This document shows positions 19,758 through 33,679 of a DNA stretch of 61,498 nt, in pieces. Both the position numbers and the translations under genes were made by a program. Every line of letters starts with the position of its first letter. The first letter of the stretch is position 1. Below the pieces are notes generated by a model, which saw only the letters and a program-made list of their open reading frames with translations, did no database searches and was not told where the DNA came from. This DNA is from Candidatus Woesearchaeota archaeon. GTDB taxonomy: Archaea; Nanobdellota; Nanobdellia; SCGC-AAA011-G17; GW2011-AR18. The DNA lies in the NCBI GenBank assembly GCA_016179945.1, contig JACPCE010000004.1:1-61498 (forward strand), given 5' to 3'.

Positions 19758-20111
19758 TTAAGCTTTATTTCTCAATTCTAAGTATTTTTTCTGCCTTATC
19801 ACTATAACTGGACATTCTAATTTTTTTTTCAATTCCAAATCTTGTGTTGCTATGATAAAACCTTTTTTTGATAATGAAATTAACTCTTTATCCACATAAT
19901 TTTCATTTGATTTTATAACCTGTATTTTTTCTATAAATTTTTTGATTAAATTAAGTTCTTTTGGCTTTACTTTTTCTAATTCTGTTATTGTTTCATCTAC
20001 AACTGCTAATTTATATGGAAAAAAACATAATCTGTCTATTTCTGAAAAAAAATCTATTTTATATTTTGCACAATATATTAAGAAATTTGTATCTAATACT
20101 ATTGTTTTCAT
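19758..20111 (-). CDS. PIN-domain protein (Fcf1/Utp24-like)
   Basis: IVLDTNFL...ELEK...VD...IATQDLELK; usual position upstream of rpo7. Confidence 0.85.
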   Translation of the reverse strand: MKTIVLDTNFLIYCAKYKIDFFSEIDRLCFFPYKLAVVDETITELEKVKPKELNLIKKFIEKIQVIKSNENYVDKELISLSKKGFIIATQDLELKKKLECPVIVIRQKKYLELRNKA

Positions 20112-20183
20112 TTTAAAATAGCATTTTTTGTGGTTTATAAGGGTTTTTAGAGTGGCATTTTACATATTTAAAATGGCTTTATA

Positions 20184-20219
20184 CAGCTTATAAACCTAAT
20201 AGAATGCGTTTATAGGCTG
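20184..20219. promoter_or_regulatory. 12-bp inverted repeat just upstream of the gyrB TATA box
   Basis: CAGCTTATAAAC-N12-GTTTATAGGCTG (one mismatch), followed by GAAAGCATTATATA. Confidence 0.5.
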
Positions 20220-20278
20220 AGAAAGCATTATATAGTTTAATTACTTGTTTTTTTAATAATAAAAGTGCTTATTTTTAG

Positions 20279-22237
<1,959 letters not shown>

Positions 22238-22238
22238 A

Positions 22239-23108
22239 ATGAGAAATATAAAAAAACTTGATCCTAGAGAATATATTTTGAGACAATCCTCAATAGATAA
22301 AACTGCATTTAGAACTTTACTTGAGATACATTACTCTGATATGAGAAGAATAGGTTATAATCTTTCACAATTAGGTGCTTTACCATTAGCAGAGGAACCA
22401 AATGGTTCTGGTAATTTAGTTACAACTGGAAACTATAGTGTTAGAGTTCCCGAAGGTGGATTTTTAATAACAGGAAATAGTATTAATAAAATAAATTTAT
22501 CTATAGATGGAATATTATATATTGAAAATATAAATTTTAATGATGGAACTTACTTTGTAAGTGGCAAAGCAAAACCATCTAGGGAAACTTTAATTCACCA
22601 TCAAATTTATTCAAGGCGTTCTGATGTTAATGTTATTTTACATACACATGATAGACTAGCTTTAAAATATGCTAAAACTAGAAGTACACATAGGCCAATA
22701 TTCTTTGCTAATTTAGAGGATGCTGTAGATGTTGTTGATGCTTTGGGCGATGGAAATTATGTTTCTTTACCAACCCATGGGCAATTTGTTGTTGGAAGAG
22801 ATGTAAACGAAGCCTTACAAACTGCTGAATTTTATCACAATTATAGTTTTGATAGAAAACCTACATCAAGAATTGCTAAAGTTGGAATTGCAACTTCTTT
22901 AGCTGCTGGTTTTGCATTAATTTTAAGTTCAATTGGTGTTGATTACTTTAGATTTAGAGACTGTGATACTATAAACAATTTTGATGACACTTTTACTGTT
23001 GTCTGTTCTACTCAGAGGAATTGTGGGTATATAAAACCATGGGAAGGAGAATCTGCTAAAAATATTGATGGGCACACAGAATGTACTTATTGGGTTGGAG
23101 GAAATTAG
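22239..23108 (+). CDS. Class II aldolase/adducin-family domain with C-terminal TM and Cys-rich tail
   Basis: GNYSVR, FLITG, PSRET.IH..IY, LHTH, HG; then hydrophobic helix VGIATSLAAGFALILSSIGV. Confidence 0.75.
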   Translation: MRNIKKLDPREYILRQSSIDKTAFRTLLEIHYSDMRRIGYNLSQLGALPLAEEPNGSGNLVTTGNYSVRVPEGGFLITGNSINKINLSIDGILYIENINFNDGTYFVSGKAKPSRETLIHHQIYSRRSDVNVILHTHDRLALKYAKTRSTHRPIFFANLEDAVDVVDALGDGNYVSLPTHGQFVVGRDVNEALQTAEFYHNYSFDRKPTSRIAKVGIATSLAAGFALILSSIGVDYFRFRDCDTINNFDDTFTVVCSTQRNCGYIKPWEGESAKNIDGHTECTYWVGGN

Positions 23109-23111
23109 TAG

Positions 23112-25724
23112 ATGGCAGAAGAAAATATAAAAATTACAGTTATTGAAGATCAACTTAAGGAAGCTTACTTAGATTATTCTATGTCGGTTATAGTGGGAAG
23201 AGCACTACCTGATGTCAGAGATGGATTAAAACCAGTTCATAGAAGAGTTTTATTTTCCATGAATGAAATTGGATTACAGCACAACAAGCCTTTCAAGAAG
23301 TGTGCAAGAATAGTTGGTGATACTTTAGGAAAATATCATCCACATGGGGACATTTCTGTTTATGATGCTTTAATCAGAATGGCACAGGACTTTAGTTTGA
23401 GATACCCATTAGTTAAAGGTCAAGGCAATGTGGGCAGCGTTGACGGAGACAACCCAGCTGCAATGCGTTACGTAGAGGCAAAGTTAAGCAAACTAGCTGA
23501 AGAAATTCTCGCAGATATAGACAAAGAAACTGTTGACTTTGTTCCTAATTTTGATGGGAGTTTAAAAGAGCCTTTAGTATTGCCAAGTAAAATTCCAAAT
23601 TTACTAATTAATGGCAGTTCTGGTATTGCTGTTGGTATGGCCACAAATATTCCCCCACATAATATTTCAGAAGTATGTGATGCAATGATTTTTTTAATTG
23701 ATAATTTAGAAATCAACGATTCACAATTAATGAATTTTGTTAAGGGTCCGGATTTTCCTACTGGTGCTCAGATTTTAGGCACTACTGGAATTAAACAAGC
23801 TTACAAAACAGGCAGAGGCAAGATAATTATTAGGGCAAAATGTGAGTTAGAAAACGGAACTATAATAATTAAAGAAATTCCTTATCAGGCAAATAAATCT
23901 TTACTAATAGAACAGATAGCAGAACTAGTAAAAGATAAAATTGTAGAAGGAATTTCTGACATTAGAGATGAATCTGACAGAGAGGGAATGAGGATTGTAA
24001 TAGAAATTAAAAAAGGATTTGATAGTAATATTATTTTAAATCAGTTGTACAAACATTCTCAATTACAGACTACTTTTGGAATAATTAATTTAGCTTTAGT
24101 AAATGGAGAACCTAAAGTTCTAAGCTTAAAAGATATGTGTGTAGAATTTATCAAGCATAGAAAAGAAGTTGTTATAAGAAGAACTAAATATGAACTTAGA
24201 AAAGCAGAAGAAAGAGACCATATTTTGCAAGGTTTACTAATAGCTTTAAAATCTATTGATGAAATTGTGAAATTAATTAAAAACAGTAAAGACGTAGAAA
24301 ATGCAAGAAATGATTTAATTAAAAATTATATTCTAACAGAAATACAGGCTAATGCAATTTTAGATATGAAGTTAAGCAAATTAGCTGCATTAGAACAACA
24401 AAAAATATTAGATGAACATAATGAATTATTGAAATTTATTGCAGAAATGAAAGATATTTTAGCCTCTGAGATTAGAATATATTCTATAGTAAAAAATGAA
24501 TTAATAGAAATTAAAAATAATTATTCTGATAAAAGAAGAACTGAAATTATTGAATCTGGGGAAGAAAACATAGAAACTGAAGATTTAATTGAGAAACAAG
24601 AAGTTGTAGTTACTATTACACATTCTGGATATATAAAAAGAATATCTTTAGATAATTATAGGGCACAGCGCAGGGGTGGAAAAGGAGTAATTGGAGCTGA
24701 AACTAAAGGTGATGAAGACTTTGTGGAACATTTATTTGTTGCTAATACACATAGTTATATTTTATTTTTTACAGACAAAGGTGTTGTACATTGGCTTAAA
24801 ACTTATCAAATTCCTGAAGCTGGAAGATATGCTAGAGGAAATGCTTTAATTAATTTAGTTAAATTAAATCAAGGTGAAAAAATAACATCAATGGTTGCTG
24901 TTGATGAGTTTAAAGAAAATAATTACCTAGTTATGTCTACTAAAAAAGGAATAATTAAGAAAACCTCTCTTGTAGAATATTCAAGACCAAGACAGGGTGG
25001 AATTATTGGAATAAATTTAAGATATGATGATAAATTAATTGATGTAAAAATGACTGATGGAACAAAACAATTAATAATTGCTACAAAAGATGGAAGAGCT
25101 GTTAGGTTTAAAGAAAGTGATGTTAATGTTGTTGCTAGAAATAGTATTGGTGTAAGAGGAATTAATGTTAGAGGTTCTGAGGTTGTTGGAATGGAAATTG
25201 TTAATGTTCCCTATTTATTAACTGTTACTGAAAAAGGTTATGGAAAAAGAAGTGATGTTAATGATTATAGATTAATTAAGAGGGGTGGAAGCGGTGTAAC
25301 TAATATCAAGATTACTGAAAAAAATGGAAATGTTGCTGGAATTAAAGTTGTTGGTGAAAATGATGAAATTATGCTTATTAGTAAAAATGGCATAATAATT
25401 AGAACCCCTGTTTCTGGTATTTCTGTAATAGGAAGAAACACACAAGGCGTAAGGATAATTAATTTGGATGAAGGAGATAGTTTAGCTACTGTTGCTAGAA
25501 TCATTAATGAAGAAACTGACTTGGAGAAAAAAGAGGAATATAAACCTAGTGAAGAAACTATTGTGGATTCTAATGGAGAAGCATTAATAGAAAATAATAC
25601 TGAAATTCGTGATAATAATATAACTGAAGATGAAGTTAAAGAATTTATGGATAAAAATGAGGCAGACAGTGATGGAGAAAAACCCTCTAAGAAAGATTTT
25701 ACTTTAGATGGTTATGAAGAATAG
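23112..25724 (+). CDS. gyrA: DNA gyrase subunit A
   Basis: DGLKPVHRR, YHPHGD, AAMRY, GyrA-box QRRGGKG, CTD blades, acidic tail. Confidence 0.97.
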   Translation: MAEENIKITVIEDQLKEAYLDYSMSVIVGRALPDVRDGLKPVHRRVLFSMNEIGLQHNKPFKKCARIVGDTLGKYHPHGDISVYDALIRMAQDFSLRYPLVKGQGNVGSVDGDNPAAMRYVEAKLSKLAEEILADIDKETVDFVPNFDGSLKEPLVLPSKIPNLLINGSSGIAVGMATNIPPHNISEVCDAMIFLIDNLEINDSQLMNFVKGPDFPTGAQILGTTGIKQAYKTGRGKIIIRAKCELENGTIIIKEIPYQANKSLLIEQIAELVKDKIVEGISDIRDESDREGMRIVIEIKKGFDSNIILNQLYKHSQLQTTFGIINLALVNGEPKVLSLKDMCVEFIKHRKEVVIRRTKYELRKAEERDHILQGLLIALKSIDEIVKLIKNSKDVENARNDLIKNYILTEIQANAILDMKLSKLAALEQQKILDEHNELLKFIAEMKDILASEIRIYSIVKNELIEIKNNYSDKRRTEIIESGEENIETEDLIEKQEVVVTITHSGYIKRISLDNYRAQRRGGKGVIGAETKGDEDFVEHLFVANTHSYILFFTDKGVVHWLKTYQIPEAGRYARGNALINLVKLNQGEKITSMVAVDEFKENNYLVMSTKKGIIKKTSLVEYSRPRQGGIIGINLRYDDKLIDVKMTDGTKQLIIATKDGRAVRFKESDVNVVARNSIGVRGINVRGSEVVGMEIVNVPYLLTVTEKGYGKRSDVNDYRLIKRGGSGVTNIKITEKNGNVAGIKVVGENDEIMLISKNGIIIRTPVSGISVIGRNTQGVRIINLDEGDSLATVARIINEETDLEKKEEYKPSEETIVDSNGEALIENNTEIRDNNITEDEVKEFMDKNEADSDGEKPSKKDFTLDGYEE

Positions 25725-25772
25725 ATTTTAGTTTCTAATTTTATTAGATTTTAATTTCCGGTATACACATTG

Positions 25773-25837
25773 AATGAAGTGAAAGTTGAATTTTGGTACA
25801 ATGATACTGAAGGCAAAAATCTCGAGTTCTGAGCATT
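25773..25837 (+). ncRNA. Candidate box C/D guide sRNA
   Basis: AATG/CATT terminal stem; C-like GTGAAAG 25779, D' ATGA 25801, C' TGAAGG 25808, D CTGA 25829; guides of ~14-15 nt. Confidence 0.45.
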
Positions 25838-26381
25838 AGGAAATAATTCTATTTTTAATTTCATTTAAAACTTCAAACCAATAATTTCCGTGAGGCACAT
25901 ATTTGCTAGGATTAATCTTTAATTCTTCTTCAATTTTATCAATCGGAATAAATTGTATTTTTTGAACTTCTTCTTTCTGTAATTTCAACTGATTAACATC
26001 TCCATCAAAATTAAAAAAGTAAATATAGTAAAATTCATTATTTTTAATTTCTCTAAAAATTGTTTTAACTTTTCTAATCATCCAAAAATTCAAATCTTCT
26101 TTTTTAAGTTTTAATCCGATTTCTTCCTCAACTTCTCTTAATCCAGATGTAAACGGATCTTCACCAGCACTAATATGTCCCGCAGCGGAAATATCCCACA
26201 TATCTGGATAAAGAAGTTTTTCTTTAGCTCTTAATTGAAGAAGAATTTCTCCTTTAGAATTATAAATCCAAATATGCGAAGCTCTATGCCATAAGCCGTT
26301 TTTATGTGCCTCACTTTTCATCTTTTTAACATTAAGGAAATTATTGTTTTCATCACAAATGTCGATTAATTCGTCTGCCAT
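25836..26381 (-). CDS. Nudix hydrolase, isopentenyl-diphosphate isomerase type 1-like
   Basis: AHKNGLWHRASHIWI, LLQLRA..K..YP..WD.SAAGH, REVEEEIG; start reassigned to MADELIDICDE. Confidence 0.85.
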   Translation of the reverse strand: MADELIDICDENNNFLNVKKMKSEAHKNGLWHRASHIWIYNSKGEILLQLRAKEKLLYPDMWDISAAGHISAGEDPFTSGLREVEEEIGLKLKKEDLNFWMIRKVKTIFREIKNNEFYYIYFFNFDGDVNQLKLQKEEVQKIQFIPIDKIEEELKINPSKYVPHGNYWFEVLNEIKNRIIS

Positions 26382-26841
26382 AATATTGGTTTGAAGTTTA
26401 TAATTTAAAATACTTTTCCTTGTTATCCCACAAATAAAATTGAATATAATTCCTGTTATATGAACGTGGTGCAAGAAAGTATGCTGACTTGTATGAAAAA
26501 ACTTTTGGAAGAGAAGTTAAAATCCATGTTGTTCCATTGAAGAAATGTTTAATGTGAGTGTTGTATCTGGAAGTTTTTTCCTAAAAATTTTGGTTTCATT
26601 CCATATGTTAGAAATTAGTGCATTATTATTTTTGACTTATTCTAAACTTAGTTCATATCCTATCTACCAAACTTCAAGTTTGTGGAAATTTCTTGCCATA
26701 AAAATACATATAGAAACTTTTCATTTACAGAAGGTGTGGAAACTTAGTTTCTATATAGAAATCTGCAAGTAATTTTGTTTAATTTAGATTTCTTAGAAAT
26801 AAAAACCTTTTTAAAGAATTCAAAAACTCTTAAAAGTTAGA

Positions 26842-26946
26842 ATGAAGAGAAGTTCAAGACGTTGGAAGAAGAAAAGACAGATGCGTTGGAAGTGGCAGCG
26901 TAAAAGAATGAGAAAAGAAAAACGCAGAAGAAAGGCAAATAGATAA
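26842..26946 (+). CDS. rpl41e: Ribosomal protein eL41, 34 aa (not in ORF track)
   Basis: MKRSSRRWKKKRQMRWKWQRKRMRKEKRRRKANR* has the MRWKW.RKRMR core of L41e. Confidence 0.88.
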   Translation: MKRSSRRWKKKRQMRWKWQRKRMRKEKRRRKANR

Positions 26947-26976
26947 ATTGATTAAATTTTTCTAGAATGTTATTAT

Positions 26977-27303
26977 ATGTTTGATAAACCAAGATTGAAG
27001 AATTATTTAGAAGATAGAGTTGGAAAATCAGGTTACTCAGGGTTTAGTATTAGATCTGGCAAATTACCTCTTATTGCATATAGTGTTGTTTTAGTATTCA
27101 ATAGAAAATTGATTGAGGGTGCAATTTTTGGTTTAGTTAGAGATTATTTTGGTAATTTAAGTTATAAAGAAGTAAAAATTTATCGCTTTGGTGCAATTTT
27201 TGAGAGGAAGAATTTAAATTCTGTAGATATGGTCTTTGTTGAAACGAAAAATGATGAGAATATTTTATCTCTTGTTGCTTCTTATAATCGTGTTTATCTC
27301 TAA
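26977..27303 (+). CDS. Hypothetical protein
   Basis: 108-aa ORF with TATA-like element upstream. Confidence 0.55.
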   Translation: MFDKPRLKNYLEDRVGKSGYSGFSIRSGKLPLIAYSVVLVFNRKLIEGAIFGLVRDYFGNLSYKEVKIYRFGAIFERKNLNSVDMVFVETKNDENILSLVASYNRVYL

Positions 27304-28219
27304 TTTTTTATCAATATTAACAACAACCTTTAAATATGAATTCTATTTCCATCTAACTAGTTCATGCATGAAGAAGAGTTATTAGTACTTTTCTAATGTA
27401 ATTATGTGTACTTAATAATTTACATTTTAAGTACGAGAGAGCAAAACCAATAGAACGTAGTGATCTCTATATAAAATTGCGACAATATAAATCCCATTGA
27501 TCCTGTGGGAGATTGCTGCTATTGGGATCCGACTAAGCCATGCAAGTCATAGGGGTAGCAATACCACTGGCATAAGGCTCAGTAACACGTCGATAATTTG
27601 CCCTTAGGTCTGGGAAAACCTCGGGAAACTGAGGCTAAACCTAGATAAGAAAAAGATACTGGAATGTTTTTTTTCTAAAAGGCAACGCCTAAGGATAAGT
27701 CGGCGGCTGATTAGGTTGTTGGTGAGGTAATGGCTCACCAAGCCTAGGATCAGTAGGGGGGATGAGAGTCCTAGCCCCGAGAAGGGCACTGAGATACTGG
27801 CCCTAGCCCTAAGGGGTGCAGCAGGCGCGAAAACTCTGCAATGCACGAAAGTGTGACAGGGGGATCCCAAGTGCTTTGTCTTCGGATAAAGCTTTTATTA
27901 AGTCTAAATAGCTTGGTGAATAAGTGGTGGGTAAGACGGGTGCCAGCCGCCGCGGTAACACCCGCGCCACTAGTGGCAATCACTTTTATTGGGTCTAAAG
28001 CGTCCGTAGCCGGTTTAATAAGTCTCTTGTGAAATTGTTGGGCTTAACCTAACAACGTGCAAGAGAAACTATTAGACTTGAGACTGGGAGGAGGTAGAAG
28101 TATTCTAAGGGTAGCGGTAAAATGTTATAATCCTTGGAGGACTACCAGTGGCGGAGGCGTCTACCTAGAACAGGTCTGACGGTGAGGGACGAAGGCTAGG
28201 GGAGCAAAACGGATTAGAT

Positions 28220-28330
28220 ACAAGAAATTTTCTGAGAGTAAATTTCTGTACAGGCAAGTAAAATTGATCAATAAAAAACTACTTTATTTGTTAAGATGCA
28301 GAAATTAATATGGAAATTTGCTTGCTAAGT
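28220..28330 (+). other. 16S rRNA BHB intron 1 (111 nt, ~E. coli 793/794)
   Basis: Central helix TTAG/CTAA, bulges AT^A and GT^A, inner helix CAAG/CTTG; splicing restores GGATTAGATACCCGAGTAGTCC. Confidence 0.9.
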
Positions 28331-28614
28331 ACCCGAGTAGTCCTAGCAGTAAACTCTGTGAGCTATGTGTTGCACAATCTTAGTGATTGTGCAGTGCCTA
28401 AGCGAAGGTGTTAAGCTCACCACCTGGGAAGTACAGTCGCAAGACCGAAACTTAAAGGAATTGGCGGGGGCTCACTACAAGGGGTGAAGAGTGCGGTTCA
28501 ATTGGATTCCACGCCGGAAATCTCACCAGGGGCGACGGCAATATGAAGGTCAGATTAAAGGTTTTACCTAATGCGCCGAGAGGTGGTGCATGGCCGACGC
28601 CAGCTCGTGCCGTG

Positions 28615-28672
28615 AAATTCCGTTGTAATATTCCAATGAATCGATCAATATAGTTACAACTTGATTCGGTAA
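28615..28672 (+). other. 16S rRNA BHB intron 2 (58 nt, ~E. coli 1079/1080)
   Basis: Central helix GCCG/CGGT, bulges TG^A and AA^A, inner AATT/GATT and GTTGTAA/TTACAAC; splicing restores GCCGTGAGGTGTC. Confidence 0.9.
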
Positions 28673-29220
28673 AGGTGTCACGTTAAGTCGTGCAACGAGC
28701 AAGACCCATATCCGCTTTTACCAGCAGGTACTATGGTACGACTGGGTACAATGCGGAGACTGCCTCCGTAAGGAGGAGGAAGGCGTGGGCAACGTTAGGT
28801 CCGTATGCCCCGAATCTCCTGGGCTACACGCGCTCTGCAATGGTGGAGACAATGGGATGCAACTCCGAAAGGAGAAGCAAATCCTCGAAATTCCATCTTA
28901 GTCTGGATTGAGGGTTGTAATTCACCCTCATGAAACCGGAATCCCTAGTAATCGGGCTTCATTACGGCCCGGTGAATAACGTCCCTGAGCCTTGCACACA
29001 CTGCCCGTCAAACCAACCGAGCATGGCTTAGATGAGATATAGTTTTTTGATTATATCGAATCTGAGTTAAGTAAGGTGGGTTAAGTCGTCACAAGGTATC
29101 CGTAGGGGAACCTGCGGATGGATCACCTCCTTTTTATGATCTTAAACTACTTCTATTGGTGCTCATATTTTATATTCAAATGGGCTCGTAGCTCAGCCCG
29201 GTAGAGCATCTCCCTTGCAT

Positions 29221-32634
<3,414 letters not shown>

Positions 32635-32730
32635 GAATATACAAGAATCTGTGCACCGATTAATTTTTTTCTTTTAATTTTTATATTTTAGAATTTTATT
32701 AGTGAGAACTATAACGAAAGCTTGTTTGAA

Positions 32731-33468
32731 TTATTTCTTAGCGAGATTCCAAATTAAATCAAAATAATTCCTGTAACTTTGAGCAATTTTTTCATTTACT
32801 ATGAAGAAAGCTAAAGGAATATCTTCAGATAAACCTATTAATAAACAGGGTCCATAAGTTGAAATCCATGACGGAGTAATAATATTTTCAGGCATATATT
32901 TAACTTGAGTTAATTTATAAAAAGCTTTTAATTTTCCATATTTTCTTGCATCTTTGTTGAAAACAAGTTTTGCTTTGATATTTAATTTACTTCTTCTATT
33001 ATGAAAATAATTAAAATATGCATCTAACTTTTTATGTAATGATGTAGAAGCCCCAAACATTAAATAATTATATTTATTTTTGAATTTTTCCATATAAATA
33101 AAATAGTTTTCTTGTGCTGACTTAATTCCTGAAAATCCTTCATATGCTAGAACACTCTGTTTTATATCTTCTTTTTTTGTAATAGTTTTAAATTTTAGTA
33201 TTAGGGATTGTGCTATTAATTCTTTTTCTTTTATTATTTCAACTATTTTTTCTGGTTTTTCAGCCACAAAATTTTTACGATTATTTTTTACGAAGAAACT
33301 TACTAAACCCTTAGATATCAATTTATATAATGTGTCATATAATATTACTCTATATATTCCTGTTTTTTTTATTAATGGCCCCGTTGTAGTTGGTCCCAAT
33401 TGTAATAAATTAATATATATTTTAGCTTCATTTTTGTTTAATCCCAAATCAATTAATTCTTTTTCCAT
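32731..33468 (-). CDS. TrmB-family transcriptional regulator
   Basis: LGLNKNEAKIY..LL.LG.....LIKKTGIYR...YD.L..L..KGLV; C-terminal IAQSYRNYFDLIW. Confidence 0.9.
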   Translation of the reverse strand: MEKELIDLGLNKNEAKIYINLLQLGPTTTGPLIKKTGIYRVILYDTLYKLISKGLVSFFVKNNRKNFVAEKPEKIVEIIKEKELIAQSLILKFKTITKKEDIKQSVLAYEGFSGIKSAQENYFIYMEKFKNKYNYLMFGASTSLHKKLDAYFNYFHNRRSKLNIKAKLVFNKDARKYGKLKAFYKLTQVKYMPENIITPSWISTYGPCLLIGLSEDIPLAFFIVNEKIAQSYRNYFDLIWNLAKK

Positions 33469-33553
33469 AAATTTACTAAATTTATTTAATATATAAATTT
33501 TATTATAAATTATTTTTTAACAGAATTTTATATATAAGAATTACTTTCTAGTA

Positions 33554-33671
33554 GTAATTGGAGGAATCATGAGAGCAATAGGAAAAATAGGACTTTACTT
33601 GAATTTAATATTTATAGGTGGCTTTGCTGGTTTTTAAACTGCTAATTACAAAATTTCCTTGTGCTCTTGAT
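33554..33671 (+). promoter_or_regulatory. Structured 5' leader containing a 22-codon uORF (33569-33637), upstream of the cysteine desulfurase
   Basis: GGAGG SD then MRAIGKIGLYLNLIFIGGFAGF*; two interleaved helices, 33554-61/33642-49 and 33566-85/33654-71. Confidence 0.5.
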
Positions 33672-33679
33672 AAAAATTT

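Larger units (their letters stand above)
27490..29131 (+). rRNA. rrs: 16S rRNA, archaeal, with two introns
   Basis: CTAAGCCATGCAAGTC, GTGCCAGCCGCCGCGGTAA, AAACTTAAAGGAATTGGCGGGG, 3' GGATCACCTCCT; ~1473 nt after splicing; ends approximate. Confidence 0.98.

Noticed and set aside
26497-26520. AACTTTTGGAAGAGAAGTT as a sixth copy of the hairpin repeat
   Set aside because: Weak stem, no tail, and it lies in a protein-like remnant frame
26545-26772. 75-aa ORF as a real gene
   Set aside because: Atypical composition, no motifs, and it overlaps the repeated-motif tract
32659-32730. 5S rRNA after 23S
   Set aside because: Only a short T-rich terminator-like tract is present; 5S must be elsewhere
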